Notes under the pieces: model-generated
What the model saw: only the letters and a program-made list of their open reading frames with translations
The model's database searches: none
What the model was told of the DNA's origin: nothing
Shown here: in pieces, positions 9,146 to 18,514 of the stretch
Numbering within the stretch: the stretch's first letter is position 1
Layout: each line of letters starts with the position of its first letter
NCBI GenBank assembly: GCA_965248265.1
Contig: CBDFJF010000002.1
Coordinates: 2,513,214 to 2,577,213, forward strand
Source: Candidatus Latescibacterota bacterium
Lineage (GTDB): Bacteria > Latescibacterota > UBA2968 > UBA8231
DNA: 64,000 bases
Direction: 5' to 3'
Made by a program: the position numbers and the translations under genes

Positions 9146-10282
9146 TCAGTGTCCGGGGATGTAGAGGCTGCGGTCCTCCACCGGGAGCGAGACCCGGGCG
9201 CCGCCCTGCAGATGGGAGTGAGCCACCGCGATCTCGGCCTCCGTAATCCGTAGTGTGCGGTCGATATTGCCGCTGGTCCGTTCGCCGGTGTCCAACTCGC
9301 GGATGATCTCGCGAATGATGACGACGGTCGGGCTTTCACCCTTTGGCCAGATGGTCTCCTCGACAATTCCTCCATTCGCCTTGCGCCGCACATGGAAGTC
9401 GTTGCCGCCATCCCAGGCGCAGGCGCGGCCGTCGCTGCCGTGGACTTCGAACTCGCAACCACCCTGTCGCGGGACAAACACGGACTCCGTGCCATCGGCG
9501 TAACCGACGCGGGCAAAACCCAACACCGGCTCCGCGTAGATGATGTCACCTGGAGGGACAAAGCGGTTGCCGGCGGTGTCGAAGGAGGGAATCGGCATCG
9601 GACGTTGGGTCAGCTCCGTGCCCTCGCGTGGTCCCATCCGCCCTTCGCCCGGGTCGAGGGGCTCGCCTGCCTCCACGAGCCGGCCTTCGACCCAAACAGG
9701 TTCAGGGTCACCCAGCAGCATGGCCACGGTGTCGAAGGAGTGACTGTGGTGTTTCATCAGATCCGTGACCCAGAAGGTGAACGCGAACTGGGGCTCACCG
9801 ATGTCACCACGCTCAATCGCCTGGCGCAGGCGCACGAAGCCGTCGTGGTAGCGGCGCTCGGCACCGAAGTTGAAAGCGACGTTGTTCGCCCTGCACGCAG
9901 CGGCGATGCGATCGGCCTCGTCAAGTGACGCGCACAGCGCCTTTTCCGCGTAGATACCGCGCACTCCGTTCTCGGCGGCAAAAATGATAGGCTCGGCGCG
10001 AAACTGGGATTGGGTGGTGACACTGACGATGTCCGGCTTTTCCTTCTCGATCATCTCGCGGTAATCGAGGTAGGTGTTGGTGATGCCGAAGCGGTCCGTG
10101 AACATCTGCAGTCGACCTTCGCTGCGCCCCGCCACGCCCACGACCTCGGTCTGCTCGATGAAGTCGTAGGCCGCGTAATGGCCGTGTGGTTTGCGGTATG
10201 TATTGTTCGGCTGCTCGTCTTCGAGCAAACCGCCGATGCGGCCGGCTCCGATGATGGCGGCACGGTATGTTGAATCACCCAT
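9146..10282 (-). CDS. Gfo/Idh/MocA family NAD(P)-dependent oxidoreductase
   Basis: 378 aa. Rossmann motif AAIIGAGRIGG, then the EKPDIVSVTT…YAEKAL block characteristic of the family. Confidence 0.9.
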   Translation of the reverse strand: MGDSTYRAAIIGAGRIGGLLEDEQPNNTYRKPHGHYAAYDFIEQTEVVGVAGRSEGRLQMFTDRFGITNTYLDYREMIEKEKPDIVSVTTQSQFRAEPIIFAAENGVRGIYAEKALCASLDEADRIAAACRANNVAFNFGAERRYHDGFVRLRQAIERGDIGEPQFAFTFWVTDLMKHHSHSFDTVAMLLGDPEPVWVEGRLVEAGEPLDPGEGRMGPREGTELTQRPMPIPSFDTAGNRFVPPGDIIYAEPVLGFARVGYADGTESVFVPRQGGCEFEVHGSDGRACAWDGGNDFHVRRKANGGIVEETIWPKGESPTVVIIREIIRELDTGERTSGNIDRTLRITEAEIAVAHSHLQGGARVSLPVEDRSLYIPGH

Positions 10283-10284
10283 CG

Positions 10285-11001
10285 CTATTCTCCTCCACCT
10301 CGACCCGACAGTCCAAGCCCCTTCAGATAGCCTTCACCGGATTGCCAGCGGGCGAATATCTGTTCTTCCTCAGTCTCAATGTCGCGTGCCGCCTCGATCA
10401 CCGCAGGAGCGTCCGTAGTCGAGCAGAACACGATGCCATCCTCATCGGCGATGACGAGATCGCCCGGGGTAACCCTGACACCGCCGATGTCGACGTCAAT
10501 GGCCGTCTCAGCACCGACATAGCCTTCTGGCACACGGCCGAGGAAGGAGTCCGTGCTGATCTGCCGGTGAAACATCTGCATGCCCTGGGCTGTGACGTCG
10601 GCGGTATCGCGAATGCAGCCGTCGATGACAACGCCGGTGAGACCGGCGTGAACGAATGAGCGACTGGCTCCGCCCCCAAATGGAGATCGCAATCCAAGGC
10701 GCGACTCCGTGACGAGGACGGGACTGGGAACCTGGCCAGCCTGCGTGAAGGCGGTATCGAATACGTACGGATGCGGTTCGGACTCGGTCGGGTAATAGTC
10801 GAGACGCAAGGTTACGACTGTGCCGGCGACGCGCTTCCCGGGAATGAGTGGGCGTAAAGCCGGGTCGGCGATGCGCCGCGGCATTGCCAGAACCTGCATG
10901 CCGTCAGCTATGAACGGCGAACCGAGCTCGTGGAAGGTCTTGATGCAGTCTATCGTATTCAAATCAGGAGTTCCGGACGACGTCGCCGACGAAAAAATCA
11001 T
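10285..11001 (-). CDS. RraA-like protein (4-hydroxy-4-methyl-2-oxoglutarate aldolase / oxaloacetate decarboxylase family)
   Basis: C-terminal 205-239 aa of track ORF 10285-11382. Motifs GLTGVVIDGCIRDTADV and GGVRVTPGDLVIADEDGIVF are RraA-family signatures. The start is uncertain: ATG 11001 overlaps the upstream gene by 38 nt, and TTG 10962 lies 1 nt after its stop. The long N-terminal extension in the track is Ala/Ser/Thr/Arg-rich overlap and is rejected. Confidence 0.75.
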   Translation of the reverse strand: MIFSSATSSGTPDLNTIDCIKTFHELGSPFIADGMQVLAMPRRIADPALRPLIPGKRVAGTVVTLRLDYYPTESEPHPYVFDTAFTQAGQVPSPVLVTESRLGLRSPFGGGASRSFVHAGLTGVVIDGCIRDTADVTAQGMQMFHRQISTDSFLGRVPEGYVGAETAIDVDIGGVRVTPGDLVIADEDGIVFCSTTDAPAVIEAARDIETEEEQIFARWQSGEGYLKGLGLSGRGGGE

Positions 11002-12112
11002 CGGGTAGAATGCTCTTGATTGGTATGGCGTGCCTGTATTCCGGCAAACCGATCGTCGTAACCACACCCATGGCGGTGAAGTGTCCACACTCGCCGCTGG
11101 CTCCGCACTTGTTGCCACCACTGTGGCTGCGCAGCCAATCCGGGTCGGTGATGCGCTCGCCCTTCCACATGCCGCGGGTAGCGTTGAGGTGGCCGAAGCG
11201 CGCCAGGTCAGAGGCGCTGAGGACACACCAACCAGGTCCGCTGCGCACTGGCACGCCTCCGATCTCGTACGGAGGATCCAGGTAGGTATAGGTGTCAGGC
11301 AGTCCGGGGTAGAAATCCTTCTGATCCTTGACGTCGCCGCCGTTGTACCAATCCCAACGTTCGTAGGGGATGCCGATGGCATCGAACAAGCGCTCCTGAA
11401 TTACGTCCTTGAGGTCGCGGCCCCACACATGGGTCAGGGCCTGACCAAGGCGCCAGAAGCCTGCGCTGCTGTAGATGGAATGGGCGCCTGGTTTCGCGTG
11501 TGAGTAGCAGTCGTAGAACGGGTCACCGGTCCAGGTGGCCCACTCGGCGACCCCGGGCACCGTATCAGCCTCTTGCAGGCCGGTCCGCTTCTCCGTCCAA
11601 CGGATGCCGATCTCGAAGGGGAAGCCGCCCCAGTGTACGCTGTCATCACGCCGTCCTACGAGGTGTCGCCAGGTGAGTGTCTGGTGGTGACCTCGGTCGA
11701 GGTGCTTGTGTTCGTGCGACAGTTCACCGGCTCCGGTCCAGGTTTTGTGGATTGGTTCGTCGGGATCGAGCAGGCCATCATTGGCGGCGCACCCCAGGGC
11801 GATCCAGGTCAACGCCTTGCCGACGGATGCGGTGTGATGCTGGTAGTGGCGGTCGCCCCATGACTGGACGATGTAGCCGCCTCTGGTCAGAACCGCGCCG
11901 TGTTTGTTGCCGCTGTGGTCCTCGCCGAGAAAGCTGGCGCCCTTCACATCCAGGCCGGTGACCCAGTCAGCGAATCTTTCGGGATCGAGGCCGGCTTCCT
12001 CCGGGGAGATTTCTATCCAGTCATCATCCGGATAGGTGACCCAGTCCGGTACCTCCACGGTCAGGGTCGGTGCGATCAGATCTGCATTCTTTTCCGTCTG
12101 ACTCAGTGTCAT
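10964..12112 (-). CDS. Beta-lactamase-fold serine hydrolase (class C / PBP-like family)
   Basis: 382 aa. SxxK nucleophile motif in HTASVGKALTW and a YSS (YxN-like) motif in IYSSAGFWRLG. Confidence 0.75.
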   Translation of the reverse strand: MTLSQTEKNADLIAPTLTVEVPDWVTYPDDDWIEISPEEAGLDPERFADWVTGLDVKGASFLGEDHSGNKHGAVLTRGGYIVQSWGDRHYQHHTASVGKALTWIALGCAANDGLLDPDEPIHKTWTGAGELSHEHKHLDRGHHQTLTWRHLVGRRDDSVHWGGFPFEIGIRWTEKRTGLQEADTVPGVAEWATWTGDPFYDCYSHAKPGAHSIYSSAGFWRLGQALTHVWGRDLKDVIQERLFDAIGIPYERWDWYNGGDVKDQKDFYPGLPDTYTYLDPPYEIGGVPVRSGPGWCVLSASDLARFGHLNATRGMWKGERITDPDWLRSHSGGNKCGASGECGHFTAMGVVTTIGLPEYRHAIPIKSILPDDFFVGDVVRNS

Positions 12113-12119
12113 AAGGTCT

Positions 12120-14123
12120 CTATTCTGAGCGCTTCATAGGGGGGAACGCATAGCTGGGGTCGTTAACGAAGCGCCGGGTGCCGACGTCGATACGAATCAT
12201 CGTCGAGGGGGGCAACTCCACTCTCAGGTGGCGGCCGTCAACGGTCATAGTTTTCGCGGTCTGAACACGCTCGGCACGGGGCCACATGGACGGATTCTCG
12301 TGTTTCGGATAGCTCTCTTCGTTGTAGCTGGCTTCCGTGAAGGCATGCTCCCCGTGGGTGCCGGCCTGCATGATCAGGATCCGACCTTCGGTCGGATGAA
12401 GATTAACGAGCTGGATCCCGGTGCGGTCATCCTGCAGGTCATCGACGAGGGCACCCACGTCCAGGGGGAGCCCGGGCCGGGAACGCTGTGAGTCAAAGAA
12501 GCGAACGCGTCCCAGCTGCATGCCGCCGTTGTATTGCGCCATCGGCGCACCCGTGGTCAGATGCACGAGGCCCTTGGCCGTAACCGTATTCACGGGCCAG
12601 TAGTTGTCTTCGAGCTTTTCGGTGACACCGCGGGCGTCCAGACGTATGCAGTCCATCGAGCGCAGGGTCCACTCCAGGTCCGCCCGCATCATCTGAGCAG
12701 GCCAGGCGTCATTTTGGCCGTCGTAGTAATTGAAGCGTGAGTGATCGGCCGAGCCGCCCTTGCCATCGCCACGCGGGACCACCTCGTTCCAGTCGGTCTC
12801 CTTGTCGCCTTCGCGCAACATGTAGATGAGCTCGCGATCCTCAGTTGACATCGAGGCGTGATACAGATGGTTTAGTTCCTTGAGCCCCATGGACCGGGGT
12901 TCCGCCCAGCCGTCGGGGCCGTAGCGGTTGGGGACTTGCAGCTGGCCATCCTCGCGCCGGGTTGCCTGTTCGAGGATCAGCTTGAGCTGCGAGCGCGGCA
13001 GGTCGAGGTAGCCGTCGTCACCACTGAGCAGCAGGGCGCACTCGGCGCCGACGGTGAGGGCGAACAGCATGCGGTCCCAACCGCCCCGGCGGTTCCAGCC
13101 CTGGACGCCGTTCCACCACAGACCATCGCGGTTCTCACCGATCTTTCCCGTCGGGCCGACGTTGTCCGGTAGTATCCCGTTGTTCTTTTCCGTGCGCTCC
13201 ATCCACACGCCGACATAGTCGAGGACCCATTTTTTGTACTTCTCATCCCCGGTATAGAGGTAGGCGTTGGTCACCAGTCCCGTGGCGAGCAAGTTGGCTG
13301 GCTCGTCGCCGGTGAGGATGATGCGGTCAAAGAGATCCATGATCTCGTCGCGGCGCTCGGGATGCTCGAACCAGTTGCCTTCGAGGCGCTCGACAACAGG
13401 GTACAGGTGCGTGAACAGGGGCTCCACGCTGGGGCCGCGGTCGGAGCCGCGTCGGTGCCCGAAGTCGCCGAGTGAACCCGGATCGAGGAAGGAGCGCACC
13501 ATCTCGAGCTCGCCGGTTACTTCACCGGTGCTGTGAATGAGCGGCGCGATGCCCCGCATCGTCAGCAATGGGCCCTGGCTGCTAGTGAATCCGGAGCGGA
13601 AGACTCTGTGCTCGGGGTCGTAATTCGGAGCTTGGGGGTCATCACCGGTGTACATGGCGGCGAATTTCTCGGCGCGGCGGATGTTCTCGACGATGGTCGG
13701 GTCGGCGAGGCCGAACTCGTAGAAGCTGGACGAGCCTTCGCCCATGTGGAACCAGTCATTGTTGAAGGCGACGGCGAAGTTCCACCATTCGTTGCGCAGT
13801 TGCGGCATGAACATCGGATGTATGGGCTGGCCCGCCTGCGGGTTGATTTCTTCACTGTAAAATCGGGTAGCGGCATTCCATTCGCGGAGCGCCATCTCCA
13901 GGAGCCGCTGGTCGCCTCCCAAAGAGTAGAGCAGGGCGCGTCCGCAGCGGCTCTCGTAGACGTCGTCGACGTCGTGGATGAAATGCTCGTTGCCGGCAGC
14001 GTCTTCGAAGCGTTCGACGAACAGGTCGGTGGCAGCCTCTATGGTCGAGATGAGCTGACGTTGAACGACGGCCCATTCCGGTGGCGCCGCGATCTGGGTG
14101 GCTCGTATGCTGGGCATTTTCAT
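12120..14123 (-). CDS. Uncharacterised conserved ~650-aa protein, paralog 2 of 3 (family A)
   Basis: 667 aa. Same block order as 4812-6749: APPEWAVVQRQLI, ADPTIVENIRR, NYDPEHRVFRS, NAYLYTGDEKYKKWVLDYVGVWMERTEKNNGILPDNVGPTGKIGENRDGLWWNG, GIQLVNL…PSYAFPP. Confidence 0.85.
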   Translation of the reverse strand: MKMPSIRATQIAAPPEWAVVQRQLISTIEAATDLFVERFEDAAGNEHFIHDVDDVYESRCGRALLYSLGGDQRLLEMALREWNAATRFYSEEINPQAGQPIHPMFMPQLRNEWWNFAVAFNNDWFHMGEGSSSFYEFGLADPTIVENIRRAEKFAAMYTGDDPQAPNYDPEHRVFRSGFTSSQGPLLTMRGIAPLIHSTGEVTGELEMVRSFLDPGSLGDFGHRRGSDRGPSVEPLFTHLYPVVERLEGNWFEHPERRDEIMDLFDRIILTGDEPANLLATGLVTNAYLYTGDEKYKKWVLDYVGVWMERTEKNNGILPDNVGPTGKIGENRDGLWWNGVQGWNRRGGWDRMLFALTVGAECALLLSGDDGYLDLPRSQLKLILEQATRREDGQLQVPNRYGPDGWAEPRSMGLKELNHLYHASMSTEDRELIYMLREGDKETDWNEVVPRGDGKGGSADHSRFNYYDGQNDAWPAQMMRADLEWTLRSMDCIRLDARGVTEKLEDNYWPVNTVTAKGLVHLTTGAPMAQYNGGMQLGRVRFFDSQRSRPGLPLDVGALVDDLQDDRTGIQLVNLHPTEGRILIMQAGTHGEHAFTEASYNEESYPKHENPSMWPRAERVQTAKTMTVDGRHLRVELPPSTMIRIDVGTRRFVNDPSYAFPPMKRSE

Positions 14124-14141
14124 GGTTTCGGCAGTCTCCGT

Positions 14142-16088
14142 TTACTGAAATGGAACCGGAATTTCGTCCCCGTGCCAGGGGAAGGCGTAACTCGGCTCGT
14201 TGACGAAGCGCGACATTCCGGCCTGCAGGCGAACGGCGGTCGCAGGCGGTAGATGCACGGAGAAGTGGCGCCCGTCGACCTGGGCGGAGTCGCCGTCGTC
14301 AGCGCTCACGCTCGTGAACTGGTGCTCGCCGAAGGCACCCGCCTGTACGATCACATTGCGCTCATCGGTCGAATTCAGGTTCACCAGTTGTATGCCTGTG
14401 CGGTTGGCAGCCAGCCCATCGACGAGGACGGCAACATCCGGCGGCACTCCCGGGCGGCCGCAATCCGGGTCGAAGTAACGGACCTGCGCTCTCAGCAAAC
14501 CGCCGTTGTAGACAGCCTGCGGCGCCCCCATCATCACCTGGGTCAGCCCCTTGGTGAGTACCGGGTTCTGGGGAACATGATTGGCCTCGATCCGTTCGGC
14601 ACGGCTGCGGGTATCGTTGCGCATGTCCTCGATGTGCTGCAATGCCCATCCGTACTCGGCGCGCAGGATCTGCTCCGGCCAGCCGGGGTTCTTGCCGTCG
14701 TAATAGTTGAAGCGTGCCAATTCTGTTTCGCCGCTGTTCTTCTCACTGGCCGCTTTTGCCGGAATCTCGTTCCAGTCGCGCTCGACATCGCCATCCCGCA
14801 CCCTGCATACAAGCTCGTAGTCCTCCTCAGACATGGATGCGTGGTAGAGATGGGCGAGTTCCTGCACGCGCATGGGGGCAGGACCGCTGAGGACGGATAC
14901 CTCCGGTTGGGTGAGGCACCAGCCTTTTTCGTCGTAACGCCGCGGCACCAGCAGCTGGCCGTCCTCGCGTTTGATCGAGTTGTCCAGCAGAACGTTGAGC
15001 TGCGAGCGCAACAGTTCGAGATACTTGTAGTCCCCGGTCAGCAGAAGACAACACTCGGCGGCGATGTTGATGGCGTGGTAGATGATGTTGAAGCCCTGGT
15101 AGTGACCCCAGCCGTAGAAGCCGCCCCACCATACGCCGTCGCGGTGTTCACCGACCTTGCCCGTGGGTCCCACGTTGTCGGGGATGACGCCGTTGTTCTG
15201 CTGGATGCGTTCCATCCAGGCCTCGGTGTACTCGAGGACCCATTGTTTGTACTTCTGATCACCTGTAGCCAGGTACGCATGGGTGACCAATGCAGTCGCC
15301 GCCAGGTTGTTGGCCGAGTCGCAGTCGAGGACGATGTGCTCGAACAGCTTCAGGATTTCGTCGGCGCGCTCGGGCACCTTCCACCAGCCGTCCTCCAACT
15401 CCTCAACCACCGGGTAGAGACTGGCGCGTATGCCCATCGGCTTGGGCTCCCACTGGTCTGCCGGCGTTTTTTCGAGATTGCCGCCCTGTAGCATGGCCAT
15501 GGCGACGACGAGGCGGGATTCGTGCCACGGTCCCTGGCCCGACTGCGCCGGTGAACGCAGGACACGGTGTTGCGGATCGTAGTTGGGGGCTTCCGGATCC
15601 TCACCGATGTACCACCCGGCGTACTGCCTGGCACGACGGACGTTCTCCGAGATTGTCGGGCAGGCCACGCCGAAGTCGTAGAAGGCCATGTTGCCTTCGC
15701 CTTTGTGATGCCATTCTGCGTCACCAGGGTGAGACAGATCGTAGTATTCACGAGAGAGATTCTGACGAAACAAACGGTGATCTCGGTGTCGGATATCATT
15801 GGCACAGATGCGGGTGGAGGCGTTCCAGGCTGTCAGTGCCATGTCGAGGATGCCGTCGTCGGCACCCATGGCATAAAACAGGCCCCAGTTGTAGAAGGCC
15901 TCGTAGAAGTCATCGATGTCATCCGCCCAGATCGCCGTGCCGCTGGGTTCGGTGCAGCGCCGCATGTACTCGGGCGCAGCCCCTTCCATGAGGGTTATCA
16001 ACTGGCGTTCCAACAGCGCCCACCCCGGTGGGGCGCTGACGCGGGTCGCCTTGAGATTGACTAGGTCAGGCATTTCAACTGCGGGCAT
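14142..16088 (-). CDS. Uncharacterised conserved ~650-aa protein, paralog 3 of 3 (family A)
   Basis: 648 aa, the closest relative of 4812-6749. Identical strings include GDAEWHHKGEGNMAFY, PTISENVRR, WMERIQQNNGVIPDNVGPTGK and the terminal PSYAFPWHG.EIPVPFQ. Confidence 0.85.
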   Translation of the reverse strand: MPAVEMPDLVNLKATRVSAPPGWALLERQLITLMEGAAPEYMRRCTEPSGTAIWADDIDDFYEAFYNWGLFYAMGADDGILDMALTAWNASTRICANDIRHRDHRLFRQNLSREYYDLSHPGDAEWHHKGEGNMAFYDFGVACPTISENVRRARQYAGWYIGEDPEAPNYDPQHRVLRSPAQSGQGPWHESRLVVAMAMLQGGNLEKTPADQWEPKPMGIRASLYPVVEELEDGWWKVPERADEILKLFEHIVLDCDSANNLAATALVTHAYLATGDQKYKQWVLEYTEAWMERIQQNNGVIPDNVGPTGKVGEHRDGVWWGGFYGWGHYQGFNIIYHAINIAAECCLLLTGDYKYLELLRSQLNVLLDNSIKREDGQLLVPRRYDEKGWCLTQPEVSVLSGPAPMRVQELAHLYHASMSEEDYELVCRVRDGDVERDWNEIPAKAASEKNSGETELARFNYYDGKNPGWPEQILRAEYGWALQHIEDMRNDTRSRAERIEANHVPQNPVLTKGLTQVMMGAPQAVYNGGLLRAQVRYFDPDCGRPGVPPDVAVLVDGLAANRTGIQLVNLNSTDERNVIVQAGAFGEHQFTSVSADDGDSAQVDGRHFSVHLPPATAVRLQAGMSRFVNEPSYAFPWHGDEIPVPFQ

Positions 16089-16149
16089 CGTCGGGGGTCC
16101 TCGTTCGGGGACGTCTTTGGCTGTGTCTCGCGAGTCGGCGCCGGGTGTG

Positions 16150-17307
16150 CTACTTCTTGTGTCTCTGCATTTCCTTCATGTACCACTGACCGCCGTAGAG
16201 GTCACGCTTGGAGTTCCAGCGATAGGGCACCGGCCACATTGGCTGCTCGCGTATCTCGGGCGGTAGTGGCAGGTGCATCGGAGCATGGGCGCGCCGTGCT
16301 GACTCCCTTAGGGCCAGGGTGATCTCGAAGGCCTGCTGCTGGTCGCGACCGCTGCAGCGCGGCTCGGTACCGTAGTCGATGGCGTCGATGATCGACTGCA
16401 CAGTATCGACAATGCGGCCGTCGGGCTCCAGCCAACCATCAGGTGACACCGCCGTCTCCTCTTGGGGTACGTTCGGCGCGAGTCCGAAGACCTCCTTCAT
16501 GCCGCAGAACACGTCGTCGCTGCTCTCGTCTGTCTTCTGCCAGAAGCGCAGGCGGCGGCCGTCGCTGGCGAATACGCCTGTCGTCCCGACGACTTCGACT
16601 CCGCGCCGGGCACTGGCATTGACATGCACGGTCATCTCAATGCCGTTACCAAAGTGGATGAAGCCGCCGATGCCATTGAGGCCTTCGTCGCCGTCGCTGA
16701 AAGGATCGCCAGCCGTCTTACCGATTACCCATTCGGCATCGGCGTCCTTGCCGCTCTTGCCGCGGATGAATTGCCCGAGGGCGAACATCTTTGCCCAGGC
16801 CAGGGCATTGCAGCCGCCCTGGACGATCTGGGTGAAACAGCTGATGCTGCGGACTTCGCCGATGGCGCCCTGAATGATGGCTTCCCGTGCGGCCCAGTTC
16901 TGCGGTCGCACGCGGTCGACGTTGCCGGCCTGGTATGGGACTCCCGCCTCGTCGCAGGCCTCGACCATGCGGTCCAGGTCGACGAGCCGTCCCGCGATCG
17001 GTTTCTCCGTCATGATGCCGCGCACGCCGGCTCTGGCGCTGGCGATGACGATCTCCGGGTTTGGCTTCACCGGTATGACAGTGGCGACGATGTCGAGTTT
17101 CTCGTCGCGCAGCATCTGTCGATAATCGGTGTATCCGGCAGTGCCGAAGCGCTGGCAGAACAGGTCCAGGGTGTCCTGGGAACGGTTGCAGGCAGCGACG
17201 ACCTCGGTAGCCGGATTTGTGGCGAAGGCGCGGGCGAAGAAGGTGCCCTGGCGGCCGGCACCGACGAGGCCCACGCGGTAGCGGCCTTCCATCAGATTCG
17301 CCGTCAT
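16150..17307 (-). CDS. Gfo/Idh/MocA family oxidoreductase
   Basis: Rossmann motif RVGLVGAGRQG and the MTEKPIA block. I place the start at ATG 17307-17305 (MTANLMEGRY…), forming an ATGA overlap with the stop of the upstream BNR gene. The track ORF starts 15 nt further upstream. Confidence 0.9.
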   Translation of the reverse strand: MTANLMEGRYRVGLVGAGRQGTFFARAFATNPATEVVAACNRSQDTLDLFCQRFGTAGYTDYRQMLRDEKLDIVATVIPVKPNPEIVIASARAGVRGIMTEKPIAGRLVDLDRMVEACDEAGVPYQAGNVDRVRPQNWAAREAIIQGAIGEVRSISCFTQIVQGGCNALAWAKMFALGQFIRGKSGKDADAEWVIGKTAGDPFSDGDEGLNGIGGFIHFGNGIEMTVHVNASARRGVEVVGTTGVFASDGRRLRFWQKTDESSDDVFCGMKEVFGLAPNVPQEETAVSPDGWLEPDGRIVDTVQSIIDAIDYGTEPRCSGRDQQQAFEITLALRESARRAHAPMHLPLPPEIREQPMWPVPYRWNSKRDLYGGQWYMKEMQRHKK

Positions 17308-18437
17308 TTGCCGTAAAACCACGAGATGGGCAGCGCCCGTAGCTTGGCGCCGTAATAGCTGCCCCTGGCCGCTGGCTTGTTGTAGCGCCGGTCGTCGTAG
17401 CGCAGGAATGCCCGGTCGTCGATGAACCTGACTCGCGGATGACGAATGGTCCGGTGACCTGATGTGGGGTAGGGGCCGCTCTCCGGGCTGACTCCTGACG
17501 AGATCAAGAAAGCCGGTGGTTGGTCCGCGGGAATGCGATCGATGTTCTGCATGCCCTCGGTCTGAACTATAGTGCGGAAATGCTGCCAGCTGGCACCAGA
17601 GTCCACGGAGACAGCTGAGCTCAGCCGAGAGCGATAGAATCCGCCCAACGTTTCCTCAGCGTTGACCTGATTCCACACGCAGAGCAGATCGCCCGTCTCC
17701 GGAAGGCGATCCAGCCAAATTTCCGAGCGGCTGCTGACCAGATCGTTGAACTCGCCCTGTTCCCAATGCACCCCACCGTCGCTACTGTAACTTTGGGCGA
17801 TGCGTTGCATCTCCGTGCGCATGAACATGAGTAGCCTGCCGTCCGTTGTCTCGGCAACGCAGGGCGCCTCCACGAACGAGGCATATGCACCGCGATCCTG
17901 TTCGCAAACGAATACGGTGTCCGTGGATTCTGACCATGAGACCCCTTCGTCATCCGAATAGAAGGCCGTGCAGAGTTTCATACTGTTGTGGGGGAACTGG
18001 CGGGTGTCCTGTCCAAAGGCGTATTCGTTCGGCATGATCAGCCGCCCACTGCCGGTCTGCATCAAATAGGTGGGATAGGATGGTGTGCCAGGCCAGGTCA
18101 CCAGCACCGGTTCGGACCAGGTCAGGCCTTCGTCCTCCGTTTTGCGGAACAGAGTTCGGACCTCGCGGGTGCCGACTGGGTCGGCGAGCCTTTGCCAGTA
18201 GTTGACGGCGATGGCGCCTGAGGCAAGGCGAATCACGCTCATGGGTTGGAAGGTATCGCCGGTGAGCGCCGGGTTTGCGGGTTCAGGGAGGGGACCCGAT
18301 GGCTCCCACGTCCTGCCGTCGTCGGAGGAATGCAGCAGGTTGAGCTTTCCATCCAGGCCCAACAGCCGTCCATCCGTCAGCCGGATCGGTCCGACGAAGC
18401 CCGTGGGGATTTCTACCTCGAACAGGGGTTCCGACAC
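17304..18437 (-). CDS. BNR/Asp-box repeat beta-propeller protein (sialidase/exo-alpha-sialidase-like glycosidase fold)
   Basis: 377 aa. Five Asp-box motifs (SxDxGxTW): SSDDGRTW, TEDEGLTW, SDDEGVSW, SSDGGVHW, SVDSGASW. GTG start with an AGGAGGG SD. Confidence 0.8.
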   Translation of the reverse strand: MSEPLFEVEIPTGFVGPIRLTDGRLLGLDGKLNLLHSSDDGRTWEPSGPLPEPANPALTGDTFQPMSVIRLASGAIAVNYWQRLADPVGTREVRTLFRKTEDEGLTWSEPVLVTWPGTPSYPTYLMQTGSGRLIMPNEYAFGQDTRQFPHNSMKLCTAFYSDDEGVSWSESTDTVFVCEQDRGAYASFVEAPCVAETTDGRLLMFMRTEMQRIAQSYSSDGGVHWEQGEFNDLVSSRSEIWLDRLPETGDLLCVWNQVNAEETLGGFYRSRLSSAVSVDSGASWQHFRTIVQTEGMQNIDRIPADQPPAFLISSGVSPESGPYPTSGHRTIRHPRVRFIDDRAFLRYDDRRYNKPAARGSYYGAKLRALPISWFYGK

Positions 18438-18514
18438 TGTCTATCCCTCCTGAAGATGGATCTCAACGCCGGCCACAAGTATAGGGTAGACGGCCTGCTG
18501 CTGCAGACTATTAC

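Noticed and set aside
8160-9164. Long plus-strand ORFs antisense to clear minus-strand genes: 8160-9164, 14253-15491, 22847-23917, 40005-41351, 43381-44808, 50528-51559 and 51454-52917.
   Set aside because: Each lies entirely opposite a gene with strong family motifs. Their translations are Arg/Ala/Gly/Val/His-rich with no motifs, as expected for shadow ORFs in GC-rich DNA.
11002-11382. N-terminal 127-codon extension of the RraA-like ORF, and similar extensions of the susD-like (38176-38622), susC-like (41382-41453), LamG (36374-36472) and transglutaminase-like (61858-61959) ORFs.
   Set aside because: The extensions overlap upstream genes or conserved non-coding repeats and have low-complexity composition. 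Internal ATGs with good Shine-Dalgarno sequences, signal peptides or family-typical N-termini are better starts.
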